Shown: positions 1-9,352 of the stretch, in pieces
Layout: every line of letters starts with the position of its first letter
Numbering within the stretch: the stretch's first letter is position 1
Assembly (NCBI GenBank): GCA_964619725.1
Contig: CAZUFC010000028.1
Span: forward strand, 8,535-72,534
From: an uncultured bacterium
GTDB taxonomy: Bacteria; CSSED10-310; CAZUFC01
Direction: 5' to 3'
Length of the DNA stretch: 64,000 nt
Made by a program: the position numbers and the translations under genes
The notes under the pieces: generated by a model
Databases searched by the model: none
The model's input: only the letters and a program-made list of their open reading frames with translations
Told to the model about the DNA's origin: nothing

Positions 1-1064
1 CGCTCATAAATTTTACTGATATGATCAGGAATCATATGGATATTGCCGGCTTGAAGAGCTGAGATAAAGATAACGGGAGCATAGGCCAGAAAAGGCATTT
101 TATCGTTTAACAGACGTAGAAATTCCTGTCTTGCTTTATTTCCTTTCGGCTTGACGTCCCATTTATTTACGGCGATCAGGCAGCTTCTGCCGAGTTCTTT
201 GATATATCCGCCGATCCGGACATCCTGATTTGCAATGCTTTGTTCAGCATCAAGCAAAAGCACGGCGACATCGCATTGTCGAATGCTCCGCATGGCCATA
301 ATAACGCAGTATTTTTCGAGAGCCGAGACGGTTTTGGATTTACGGCGAATGCCTGCGGTATCAATCAAAGTAAAGGTGTTTCCATTGATCTTTACTTTAG
401 TGTCTATGGAATCTCTGGTGGTTCCTGCGACCGGAGACACGATCATTCGTTCCGAGCCAAGTATGGCATTGACCAATGAAGATTTACCCACGTTAGGTTT
501 TCCAACTACGGAAACCCTGATTCCGGGCGAGGCCACAGGAGAAGATTTGATGTCAGGGGCTCTTTCCCTGACTATATCTATTATGTCTTCAATGCCCAGG
601 CCGTGTTCTGCGGATACGGCAACAGGTTCTCCCAGACCGAAAGAATAAAAAACGCCGACATCTTCCTTCCTGTATTCATTATCCACTTTGTTCACAATCA
701 GGACAATTTTTTCGCTGTATTTCCTCAATTTATCGACGATCTCCCAATCACCGGGAACCGGACCGGTTTTTACGTCAACCAGAAAAAAAATCAGGTCAGA
801 CTCTTCAAGACTCTTCCATACCTGTTCAGCGGTTTTTTCGCCTACAATGCCCTCGGCGATTTTATCCGGTCCGCCAGTATCGACTACCCTGAAGATAACG
901 TCTCCCCAATCGCAAATGCCTGTTTTTCTGTCCCTGGTTACACCCGGATCGTTTTTGACGATGGCGCTGCGTTTCTGTACAAGCCGATTAAAAAGGGTCG
1001 ACTTGCCCACATTCGTCCTGCCGATGATAGCGATTGTCGGTAAGCCGTCTTGTTCAAATATCAT
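1..1064 (-). CDS. der: Ribosome biogenesis GTPase Der/EngA (runs off the left edge)
   Basis: Not in the ORF track because no stop lies in the window. Manual minus-strand translation from ATG 1064 gives MIFEQDGLPTIAIIGRTNVGKSTLFN...GVTRD...DTGG...NKVD, then a second G domain GKPNVGKSS...GTTRD...DTAG...NKWD. Confidence 0.95.
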   Translation of the reverse strand, partial: MIFEQDGLPTIAIIGRTNVGKSTLFNRLVQKRSAIVKNDPGVTRDRKTGICDWGDVIFRVVDTGGPDKIAEGIVGEKTAEQVWKSLEESDLIFFLVDVKTGPVPGDWEIVDKLRKYSEKIVLIVNKVDNEYRKEDVGVFYSFGLGEPVAVSAEHGLGIEDIIDIVRERAPDIKSSPVASPGIRVSVVGKPNVGKSSLVNAILGSERMIVSPVAGTTRDSIDTKVKINGNTFTLIDTAGIRRKSKTVSALEKYCVIMAMRSIRQCDVAVLLLDAEQSIANQDVRIGGYIKELGRSCLIAVNKWDVKPKGNKARQEFLRLLNDKMPFLAYAPVIFISALQAGNIHMIPDHISKIYE

Positions 1065-1263
1065 ATATCTTCACCCGTGGTGAAATTAATTCTATCCTGA
1101 TGCAGATCAGAGGACTGATATTTCTTTTTTTCTTAATAAATAGAGTCCCCGCTGAATTAGATTTTTTCATTGAATCGGACCTGCAGGGAATAAGTGATTT
1201 GACAAAGCTTTCATTTCTCGAGTAAAAATTTAGTGAATACCGACCGCCCAGGTCGGTATCCTG

Positions 1264-1491
1264 ATGGAAATTAATTCTTTGCATTTTACAGAAGGATTTA
1301 ATGTCGTGAATTCAGCCCCTGAAACGGAAGAAAATGTGAAAAAGAGCGCCGACAAACCGGAATACGGCGAGGACGATCCTTTTCTGGATAAAATTGTTCT
1401 TATATTTCTGATAATTTTTTTTCTCGCCGTCATTCTTATTCCCTCTGAGTGGTTCTTGAAAGCATCCATGTGGTGGAACGGCATCGGTTAA
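1264..1491 (+). CDS. Possible small single-pass membrane protein
   Basis: Charged N-terminus followed by one strongly hydrophobic segment (IVLIFLIIFFLAVILIP); fills an otherwise empty gap; start uncertain. Confidence 0.35.
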   Translation: MEINSLHFTEGFNVVNSAPETEENVKKSADKPEYGEDDPFLDKIVLIFLIIFFLAVILIPSEWFLKASMWWNGIG

Positions 1492-1556
1492 GACCTATCT
1501 TTTCCAGGAAGCGGCTGCCTGAATCACAAAAAATCGGATCAGAAGCGCCGATTTCA

Positions 1557-2702
1557 TTACTGCATTTCTTGAGTTTCCTGTTCAGAGTCCTGTTTTGCAT
1601 TATCTTTTTTTTCCTGGTATTTGGGATCAAATTTCGGCGCTGCTCGAAGATAACCCGATATAGGAACAGTGATGTTTTTCTGATTTTCTATATTCGTTTT
1701 GATATAAAGGTTTCCGTCAATGCTTCCGGGTTCGACGGGCGGTATCAATTGGATTAGAAGCATAATTTTCCGGCCTGGCATCAGAGTTTTCTTTTCGATT
1801 TTAATGTCTTCTCGATCAGAGGAAGTTTCCAGAATTTCTAATTCCTTGTTCCCTTCATTTTCGATGATGATTCTTTGTTCAGCGCCCTCAGCGGCATCAA
1901 TAAACCTAAAATAGCAGTGAGTGGGCACAACTGAGAGAGGCCCTTTGATTCTGCCTCTAACCGGGACTTCTATTCTGGGCTGTCTCGCCATGTTCGTATT
2001 AAGGAATAAAGTTTCCGAGAAAAAACCGATCGGCAGTCCGCCGTCAATGGTCATATGAACGGTCCAGGCTGAACCATCCTCTGCCGGTTTTTCCAATTCC
2101 GCCTGTATGTGATCGGAGGATGTTTCCAAACCGATGATTTCGGCTGAATAATCCGGAACTCGCTCTATTTTTAATTCGGTCTTTATTTCTTCGTGCGGAA
2201 GGCTCTCGTTAAAAAACACGTATGCCGGTTTCGGAATGAAAGCGCTGATTATATTCCCGTAAATCTTCAAATTCAATACCGGGCGTTGAGGATCATTCGT
2301 TCGAATTGTAACGGTTTTACTGTCTGGTCCCAGTTTTTTCCCTGCTTTGTAGGTTACCGTTATCTCGGCAGATTCGCCTGGTGCGACTAATTTCTGTTCC
2401 ATGAGAGCAGTAATGCAGCCGCAGGCCGAAAATATATCGTATATTTCCAGTATGCCCGTTCCTTTGTTTTGCAATACGAAGTTTTTCGTCAGTTCCTCAT
2501 CAATAAACAGTTTTCCGAAATCAAATTCAGTCTCAGACATTTGAATATGGGGTCCGTAAAATTCAGTTTCCTGGGATTCTACATCAGCGTCCCCGCTGTC
2601 TTCCGTTTGTTGAGCCAGTGAGACGGGCGTGCTGTTGCATAAAACCGCAAGTAAGAACAAAAGGACGTAAGAACGAAATTTACGGCGAAAAAGTGATTTC
2701 AT
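1557..2702 (-). CDS. Exported DUF1573-domain protein (repeated Ig-like domains)
   Basis: Signal peptide; FDFG...N.G...L.I...SACGC...TNDP pattern, with the Ig-like unit repeated. Confidence 0.75.
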   Translation of the reverse strand: MKSLFRRKFRSYVLLFLLAVLCNSTPVSLAQQTEDSGDADVESQETEFYGPHIQMSETEFDFGKLFIDEELTKNFVLQNKGTGILEIYDIFSACGCITALMEQKLVAPGESAEITVTYKAGKKLGPDSKTVTIRTNDPQRPVLNLKIYGNIISAFIPKPAYVFFNESLPHEEIKTELKIERVPDYSAEIIGLETSSDHIQAELEKPAEDGSAWTVHMTIDGGLPIGFFSETLFLNTNMARQPRIEVPVRGRIKGPLSVVPTHCYFRFIDAAEGAEQRIIIENEGNKELEILETSSDREDIKIEKKTLMPGRKIMLLIQLIPPVEPGSIDGNLYIKTNIENQKNITVPISGYLRAAPKFDPKYQEKKDNAKQDSEQETQEMQ

Positions 2703-2719
2703 AGTCTTTTCCTCCTGTT

Positions 2720-3226
2720 CTAATCCAACAGCCTTTCGATTGCTCGTTCAAAAACCTGTTGTTTTTTATATCCAACGAATTTGGAGTTAATATTTCCCTC
2801 TTTATCGATCAGAAAAGCGGTAGGAATGGATTGTATGGACCCAAATTTACCGGCGGTTTTTTGATCGCCCATCAGGATGGGATAGTTTATTTTATTTTTT
2901 TGCGCAAAGGCTTTTATGACTTCCCTTTTTTTATTTTCAAGATTGATGCCCAGTACGGTAAAGCCTTTTTTCGCGTATTTTTCCTGAAGTTTTATGAGGT
3001 GCGGAATTTCCATCCGGCAAGGCATGCACCATGTAGTCCAAAAGTCAATCAGGATGATCTTGCCTTTAAGGTCTTTAGAATGAACGATATTGCCGTTAAT
3101 ATCCTTCAATGAAAATTCCGGCATCTGCAGATTATAAGAGGATGTGTATGAGCGCGGGTCTTCTGAAGAACATGCGATGAGAAGACTCAATAAAAGGAGC
3201 AAGTTAAAAAGAAGAAAAAATCTCAT
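2720..3226 (-). CDS. TlpA/ResA-family thiol-disulfide oxidoreductase lipoprotein
   Basis: Lipobox LIAC; DFWTTWCMPC; cis-Pro motif IPTAFLID. Confidence 0.9.
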   Translation of the reverse strand: MRFFLLFNLLLLLSLLIACSSEDPRSYTSSYNLQMPEFSLKDINGNIVHSKDLKGKIILIDFWTTWCMPCRMEIPHLIKLQEKYAKKGFTVLGINLENKKREVIKAFAQKNKINYPILMGDQKTAGKFGSIQSIPTAFLIDKEGNINSKFVGYKKQQVFERAIERLLD

Positions 3227-3494
3227 TGTCTAAACCTCGTGGAATGCAATTTTTCCAGTTTCGCACGCCGATCGGCGTCGAAAAAGAGTCTTAAAAATTA
3301 CAGTCATACAAGCCGATTGTCAAGGAAGCGTTTGACTCTTTTCCATGCCGTCGGGAGAAAAAGAAAATTATAAAGTGAAATGAAAACTTCCTCGCGTTAG
3401 AATTGACATGTTGATGAGAAAATGCTAGCAAGTAGAATAATGATGGACAATGGTCCAGACCATTGCATCTGTTATCTTCGTGAAGGAGGAAGAA

Positions 3495-4319
3495 ATGTTA
3501 CGCAGATTACGCCGACTGGTACAAGCCATTGTGAATTCAGTTTTAGGCAGAGCGGAGCGAAAATATACTATTGAACAGATGGATCAGGCTTTGAGAGAGA
3601 TGCGGAAAAAGTTGAATGATTTTCGTCATGCAGCGGCAAAAGCCATGGCTAACAAGAAGCGAATACAGCGTCGTTATGACGAGGAAAATAAACGTCAACA
3701 GTCGCTGGAACAAAAGGCGCGCTTAGCTGCACAGAAATCAGTCGAAGCTGAGAGTCCCGAGGAAAAGCAGAAATATGAGACTCTTGCCAAACGGGCGCTC
3801 CAATTACGCGGAGAATCGGTTGAGAAATTGTCTTTCTTAGAGCAATCTCTGAATAATGCTCAAAATTCAGTAGAATCAGTTCAGCAAAAATTAAAAGAAG
3901 CGGCGGACAAAGTGGAAACGAGAGCGCGGCAGTTAAAAGACGCAAGAGCCCTTGAAGAATTAAATCGGGCGCGAATAGAAATAAACGAAGCCACCGGCGA
4001 CTATCAGATCGACAGCGCCGCCCAGATATTCGAAGAGGGAATGGAGGAAGTAATGTCCGAATCCGATCGAATCGAGGCGCTGGACAATCTGGCTCTAAGC
4101 GAGGGTGAAGAACTTGATGAGGAACTGGACAAACTGACTGTCGGGTCTGAAGTCGATACCGAATATGAGCGGCTTCTGGAAGATATAAAAGAGAAACCTG
4201 GCTTGCCGGGGTCCGGCGATAGGCATTCATTGCCTTCGGGAAAAGAAGAGGCGGATTCTTCTGAGGAAGAAGAAGAAGAAGAAGAAGAAGAAGAAGAAGA
4301 AGAAGAAGCGAAGGAATGA
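3495..4319 (+). CDS. PspA/IM30-family protein with poly-Glu tail
   Basis: Long coiled coil with A...A..AL pattern and EL..L/E...L C-terminal helices; SD AAGGAGG before ATG 3495. Confidence 0.75.
   Translation: MLRRLRRLVQAIVNSVLGRAERKYTIEQMDQALREMRKKLNDFRHAAAKAMANKKRIQRRYDEENKRQQSLEQKARLAAQKSVEAESPEEKQKYETLAKRALQLRGESVEKLSFLEQSLNNAQNSVESVQQKLKEAADKVETRARQLKDARALEELNRARIEINEATGDYQIDSAAQIFEEGMEEVMSESDRIEALDNLALSEGEELDEELDKLTVGSEVDTEYERLLEDIKEKPGLPGSGDRHSLPSGKEEADSSEEEEEEEEEEEEEEEAKE
4266..4307 (+). repeat. Perfect (GAA)14 microsatellite encoding poly-Glu
   Basis: 14 uninterrupted GAA units counted directly. Confidence 0.95.
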
Positions 4320-4392
4320 GAAGTCTCTCGCTTGTAATCAGCTTCGGTAGTCTGATGATTTTTACTGCGTTAAAGGTTCATCGAGACTTCGG

Positions 4393-4863
4393 TTAGAAGG
4401 GTATTTCATCATTCAAATCCGAGCCGGAATCTGATGAGTCGGGCTCATTGTAGGCTGAATCCGGCTGAGGCGGCGGTGCCGACGAACGTTGATCAGGAGT
4501 CGAGAATTGATTGGGAGAAGTCGTTTCCCTGGTACGCGGCGTCTGCAGCATCTCCATCTCCATGGCTTTAACCCTCAAAATGCTGCGTTTTTCGCCTGTT
4601 GATTGATCGTTCCACTCCTGATAACTCAGAGTTCCTCTAATGGCTATTTTACTTCCTTTTTTGAGATATTTGGAGCAAATTTCGGCTGTTCGGCCGAAAG
4701 CTTCTATTGATATCCAATTGGTTTTTTCTCTCTTTTCGCCTGTTTGCCGATCTTTCCACACATCTGTAACCGCAAGACTAAAATTGGTCACTTGCGTTCC
4801 GCTGGGCAGATATTTAACTTCAGGATCCGCGCCCAAATTTCCGATTAAAAAAACTGAATTCAT
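4393..4863 (-). CDS. ssb: Single-stranded DNA-binding protein
   Basis: MNSVFLIGNLGADPE, OB-fold motifs, acidic C-terminus DEIPF. Confidence 0.97.
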   Translation of the reverse strand: MNSVFLIGNLGADPEVKYLPSGTQVTNFSLAVTDVWKDRQTGEKREKTNWISIEAFGRTAEICSKYLKKGSKIAIRGTLSYQEWNDQSTGEKRSILRVKAMEMEMLQTPRTRETTSPNQFSTPDQRSSAPPPQPDSAYNEPDSSDSGSDLNDEIPF

Positions 4864-4914
4864 ATTCTTTTCTCCTTCTGTAAGCCGTTGATTATCTCCA
4901 ACCGAATATCGTTA

Positions 4915-5265
4915 TTATCGTTCTGTCTCCGCTCCACGCTCATCAGCATTACCCCCGTTGATTTTCAAAAGATCGGGGTCTTTTAAAGAATATTCTATTA
5001 CCCCGTCCTCGCTCACTTCATACTCCAGGATGTTCTGTCCGATCATTTCCTTCAGAACGTCCTCCGCCTCGGCATGATCCAGGGCTGTATTCAAGGAAAG
5101 TAAAGCCGGCGTTAATTTTTCCCTTTTAGAGGCGATCCTCATCACCTCTTTCATCCTCTCCAGTTTTCTCCTTTCCAGAGCCAACTTTCTGGTTTTCATG
5201 AGACCGAAATACATGAAAGCGATGAAACCCAAAGCGGTTAAGGCGATAATCAATTCCAAACTCAT
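4915..5265 (-). CDS. Hypothetical protein with N-terminal membrane anchor
   Basis: SD GGAGGTG; N-terminal TM helix; winged-helix-like tail (AE..L..M...G...Y). Confidence 0.65.
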   Translation of the reverse strand: MSLELIIALTALGFIAFMYFGLMKTRKLALERRKLERMKEVMRIASKREKLTPALLSLNTALDHAEAEDVLKEMIGQNILEYEVSEDGVIEYSLKDPDLLKINGGNADERGAETER

Positions 5266-5495
5266 TCACCTCCGAGTTCCCGGATGATACACTGTCTTTT
5301 TTGTCATGAGTGGCGAAATCCTCATTTTTTTGAGCTTTAATGAACGCTTCACTCGCATCGCTTCTATGATAAGAATGTTGATCGTCTTTTGTCAATCAAG
5401 AATAAAAAAGTTTTAATCGCTGTACCGATATGGAGCAGGAGGAAGACAAACGGCAGAAAATCAGTCGTTTATGGACAAAAAAACGACAATGGATT

Positions 5496-5522
5496 AAACT
5501 TTTTCGGCTTTCGCGGATCAAA
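5496..5522 (+). promoter_or_regulatory. Putative autoregulatory ECF (sigmaE-type) promoter
   Basis: AAACTT-N16-TCAAA directly upstream of the ECF gene, close to the E. coli sigmaE consensus GAACTT-N16-TCAAA. Confidence 0.55.
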
Positions 5523-5544
5523 TATAAATGAGGAGGATTGAGCG

Positions 5545-6093
5545 ATTTCCGGGTCAGATGAGATACTGATAGAACAATTTTCGAACGGCGACGAAAGAGC
5601 GTTTACAAACCTGGTCGAAAAATGGCGGGAGCCGGTTATTCGCTTCTGCGCCAGGATGTTGCGCAATGAAGGAGAAGCTGAGGAGGCGGCTCAGGACGTA
5701 TTCGTCAAAGTTTACATGAATGCAAAGAAGTTTCGAAAGGAGAGTTCTTTTAAAACCTGGATGTATAAAATCGCTTACAACCTTTGTTTGAAGAGAATCC
5801 GGAGGAGAAGGCTTCACGACATATTTTTATCGAATGAGAAAAAAAGAACGGGGAATCGGGAAGGAGCGGACGGGCTGGCGAAACTAATCGCTGCAGAAGA
5901 TAAGGAGAGGATGAACCAGGTCCTGGAATCGCTGCCGATCAAACAAAAGACCGTCATACTGCTGCGAATTCGGGAAGAGTTGTCGTTCAAGGAGATAGCT
6001 AAGATAATGCGGACGGCTTTAGGGACGGCAAAAGCTAATTTTTTCTTCGGATTGAAAAATTTGCAAAAAGCATTGGATGAGAAAAATGAATAG
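5545..6093 (+). CDS. ECF RNA polymerase sigma-70 factor, probable ATT start
   Basis: Region 2 (AQDVFVK, FKTWMYKIAYN) and region 4 (LSFKEIA...GTAK). The frame is open upstream of ATG 5656 through SDEILIEQFSNGDERAF to ATT 5545, 8 nt after GAGGAGG. Confidence 0.9.
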   Translation: MSGSDEILIEQFSNGDERAFTNLVEKWREPVIRFCARMLRNEGEAEEAAQDVFVKVYMNAKKFRKESSFKTWMYKIAYNLCLKRIRRRRLHDIFLSNEKKRTGNREGADGLAKLIAAEDKERMNQVLESLPIKQKTVILLRIREELSFKEIAKIMRTALGTAKANFFFGLKNLQKALDEKNE

Positions 6094-6709
6094 ACATTTA
6101 ACAGATGAGCAATTGTATAAAATCATTGAAGTCAATGGAGAATCGGAGCCGACGTTCGCAACCGGTCGTCTGAAGGAATGTGCCGAGTGTCGACAGCGGC
6201 TGGCTGTAATGAAGCGATTGATTCGGGAAGTTCAGGATTGGGAGGAGAAACCGATAGCTCCTGACGTTCTCCGAAGATTTCAATCGGGATTGGAGCGAAA
6301 ACTTGAGAAGAAGAGCTTGAGAAAGAGGACGTTCATTTTCAGGCCATTGCCGGGCGTCGCCGTCGCCGGTCTTTTCATGCTGGGGCTCATTGCAGCGATA
6401 TTCAGATTCTCCTTCACGACAGAACCCGCATACGACAATAATGCGGTCCTTCCCCCTAACCTGGACGTGCAAAAAGTGATAGCGCTCTCTGATTCCATCG
6501 AAAACTTTATTGATGAGACAGAATACGAGATAACTCTGGAAGAGGCTGAAATACCGGAGGACCTTGTGGAATTTTTTGAAACCGCAGCCTCGTCCATCAA
6601 CGATCCTTCGTATGAGTTGTTCGATGATATGTCGGCACTGTCAGACGGGGAAATAAAGGAACTTCATTCAATGCTGGAGAATTCTTACATGCCCCCCGGT
6701 TCCACATGA
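6077..6709 (+). CDS. Transmembrane anti-sigma factor (ZAS-like)
   Basis: Overlaps the sigma stop; HLTDEQL...CAEC; one TM segment. Confidence 0.75.
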   Translation: MRKMNRHLTDEQLYKIIEVNGESEPTFATGRLKECAECRQRLAVMKRLIREVQDWEEKPIAPDVLRRFQSGLERKLEKKSLRKRTFIFRPLPGVAVAGLFMLGLIAAIFRFSFTTEPAYDNNAVLPPNLDVQKVIALSDSIENFIDETEYEITLEEAEIPEDLVEFFETAASSINDPSYELFDDMSALSDGEIKELHSMLENSYMPPGST

Positions 6710-6729
6710 TATGAAAAGGAGATAAACAG

Positions 6730-7323
6730 ATGAGAAAAGCATCAATTTTTTTTGTTGGACTTCTGGTTCTCTTCCTGATACATTCTTCAAGCGCTCAAGC
6801 GCCTTTTTACAGAATGCATCCTGATAAGGAGGCCAGAGAGGTTCTGGAGACGTTAAGAATTTGGAAATTAACACGTGACGTTAAAATTGACTCTAAACAG
6901 GGCGAAACGGTTTTTCCGAAAATTCAGGAAATAGACGAGGCGTTGAATAAACACGAGGAAAATGAAGCTTCTTTGTTTAAGGAACTGAAAGAGTTGGTGG
7001 AAAGCGACGAAAAAAATGAGGAAGCTCTGCAGAAGGTCGTGGAAACGATTCAACAAGAGCGGGATAATTTTCAGAAGAAAATGGATGAACTGCGTAACGA
7101 GTTAATGAGCATGCTGAGCGTCGAACAGAAGGCTCGTTATTTGCTTTTTGAACAGGATTTTCCCAGAGATGTAAGAAGGATGCTCGGTCGCCTGAAGGGA
7201 GAACGCGGTAGCCGGCAAGAACGGAGAGAAAAACGGGGAAATAGACATCACCGTCGTTGGGATGACAAAGAATTTTCAGAGGAGGAAAATTCAAGGCGCG
7301 TGGAACCGCCGATTCGACCTTGA
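6730..7323 (+). CDS. Spy/CpxP-like periplasmic helical protein
   Basis: Signal peptide, helical composition, LSVEQKARY motif; third gene of the ECF operon. Confidence 0.65.
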   Translation: MRKASIFFVGLLVLFLIHSSSAQAPFYRMHPDKEAREVLETLRIWKLTRDVKIDSKQGETVFPKIQEIDEALNKHEENEASLFKELKELVESDEKNEEALQKVVETIQQERDNFQKKMDELRNELMSMLSVEQKARYLLFEQDFPRDVRRMLGRLKGERGSRQERREKRGNRHHRRWDDKEFSEEENSRRVEPPIRP

Positions 7324-7372
7324 AATGACGTAATGGTACAGAAGTACTTTCTAGATTGAAAAGGAGGACGGA

Positions 7373-8332
7373 TTGAAAAAGAGAATAATTTTCGTCAATA
7401 TTCTGATGGCATTGCTTTGCTGGTTATTTTCAAGCGGCTGCGGAAGCAACGTAAACGGAATCATTATAGAGGGCAATAATCTTTTAAAACAGGGCCGCAT
7501 AGACGACGCCGTCCGCAAGTTTGAAGAAGCCATAAAAAAGGACCCGAAATCGGCCCGAGCGCACAATAATCTGGGTTGGACTCATCAGCGTAAGGGCGAA
7601 TATGAAAAAGCGGAAGAATTGTTCAGAAAAGCGATAGAACTTGAACCTGGCTTGAAGGAAGCTTACAACAACCTGGGTTTGTCTTTGGATATGCAGCAAA
7701 AGTACGATGAAGCTCTAGCGCAATACAAAAAAGCGATTGAACTGGAACCCACATATGCCGAAGCCTACAACAACATCGCTACGGTCTATTTCTTGCGGAA
7801 TGAATATGATAAAGCCATTGAAAATTTCAAAAAATGCATTGAATTGAGCGATGAAGTTTTAGAAATAAAATTTAATCTGGGCATTGCTTATTATAAAACT
7901 GAGGAATTTGACAAAGCTCAGGAAATCTTCGAGACCATTCTTAAACAAAATCCGTTTTCTATCGACGGCAATGTTTTTCTGGCTTACATTTATTTAGAAA
8001 AAAACATGCTGGAAGAAGCCGGAAAATATTTTCAAAACGCCATGGACATTAATCCGCAGTCGGCTTTCGCAAAAGCCGGATACGCGCTCTTTCTGGCTCA
8101 TGAAGAAAAATACGATGAAGCTCTTGAGCGAATACAGAAAGCTCTTGAGCTGGATCCGGATTCCATATCCGCTCACATTAATTCAGGCTTAATTTATAAA
8201 ATGCAAGGCGAAACGGAGAAAGCCGTCGAAGCTTTTGAGAGAGCTCTTGAAATAGACCCTGATGAAAGTAGTGTTAAGGCTTACCTGGAGGAATTGACTG
8301 AGGATGAGGGAGAAGCGACGGAAGCTGAGTAG
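7373..8332 (+). CDS. TPR-repeat lipoprotein
   Basis: Lipobox-like SSGC; about eight TPR units (AYNNLG...A). Confidence 0.9.
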   Translation: MKKRIIFVNILMALLCWLFSSGCGSNVNGIIIEGNNLLKQGRIDDAVRKFEEAIKKDPKSARAHNNLGWTHQRKGEYEKAEELFRKAIELEPGLKEAYNNLGLSLDMQQKYDEALAQYKKAIELEPTYAEAYNNIATVYFLRNEYDKAIENFKKCIELSDEVLEIKFNLGIAYYKTEEFDKAQEIFETILKQNPFSIDGNVFLAYIYLEKNMLEEAGKYFQNAMDINPQSAFAKAGYALFLAHEEKYDEALERIQKALELDPDSISAHINSGLIYKMQGETEKAVEAFERALEIDPDESSVKAYLEELTEDEGEATEAE

Positions 8333-8492
8333 TCAGAAATTCAGAGTTAATTCGCTTTTCAAATTAGTAATCGGCAGGAATTGAAACAACTCGGTTTACC
8401 GATTTATTTTGAAATATTGTAATTAAAAGCGGTTCGTCTACAGGTCCATTCAGCGTAAAGAATATAATGCCGGACGGAAAAGCTGCAGCAAA

Positions 8493-9245
8493 ATGAATAT
8501 TGTTGAAAGATCGGCAGATTTTTTCATCCGGGGATTTCCCAGTTTAAGGATGCTTATTTTCGGAGGTCCTCCCTTCCTTTTATGGGCTTTTTTATCACTG
8601 TGGATTGCGGGCCGGTTAAAGGTCCGATATACCCTGGCTACGGGTTATTCGCGCAAGATATTCCATTTTCTGATATTTATCACGGCTTTTGTTCTGCAAT
8701 TGACTTACGGCATTTCGGCAGTATGTCTTTTTGGCGCCTGCACGACTCTGGTCATTTTTTTTTCGGTATTTCGCGGAGATGGGGATTATTTATACGAGGC
8801 GCTGGCGCGGCCGAAGGATGAACCTCACAGGACCTACTTCATAATAATTCCATATCTTTCGACATTAATCGGCGGTTTGTCGAGTAACATATTTTTCGGA
8901 TCGTCATCAATAATGGGTTATCTGGTAACGGGTCTGGGCGATGCGGCTGCCGAACCAGTAGGAACCAGGTATGGAAAGCATGTGTATTATGTGCCTTCAC
9001 TTCGATCTGTCAGGGCGATTCGTTCTTGGGAAGGAACCGGAGCAGTATTTTTATTATCTTTATTTTCTGTTTTCGTAGCGGGTTATCTGTCGCCTGAAGT
9101 TACAATCGATTTAAATATGATTATTTTTGCAGCTCCGTTAATTGCTGCCGCATCTTCAATAATAGAAGCTTTTTCACCTCATGGAACGGACAATTTTTTT
9201 CTACAGTTTCTGGTTTCAGGATTAAGTTACCGTCTGATCTTTTAG
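8493..9245 (+). CDS. Phytol/dolichol kinase-like (CTP-dependent) membrane protein
   Basis: RKIFH, GLGDAAAEPVG..YG, RSWEG and DN motifs; multiple TM segments. Confidence 0.75.
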   Translation: MNIVERSADFFIRGFPSLRMLIFGGPPFLLWAFLSLWIAGRLKVRYTLATGYSRKIFHFLIFITAFVLQLTYGISAVCLFGACTTLVIFFSVFRGDGDYLYEALARPKDEPHRTYFIIIPYLSTLIGGLSSNIFFGSSSIMGYLVTGLGDAAAEPVGTRYGKHVYYVPSLRSVRAIRSWEGTGAVFLLSLFSVFVAGYLSPEVTIDLNMIIFAAPLIAAASSIIEAFSPHGTDNFFLQFLVSGLSYRLIF

Positions 9246-9352
9246 AAGTCGGAGATCAGCAGCGCTTGTCGGCGCCCGTCCAGCGCTGAAAATTGAATCT
9301 GGATGCTGGATGCGAGTTTATGGAGCGGTACTGATTAGTGGAGCTGTCCGCT

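Noticed and set aside
176-1083. Plus-strand ORFs 235-648, 603-1043, 688-1083
   Set aside because: Antisense shadows of der.
1557-3226. Selenocysteine in the DUF1573 CGC or TlpA CxxC motifs
   Set aside because: These positions are ordinary TGC Cys codons.
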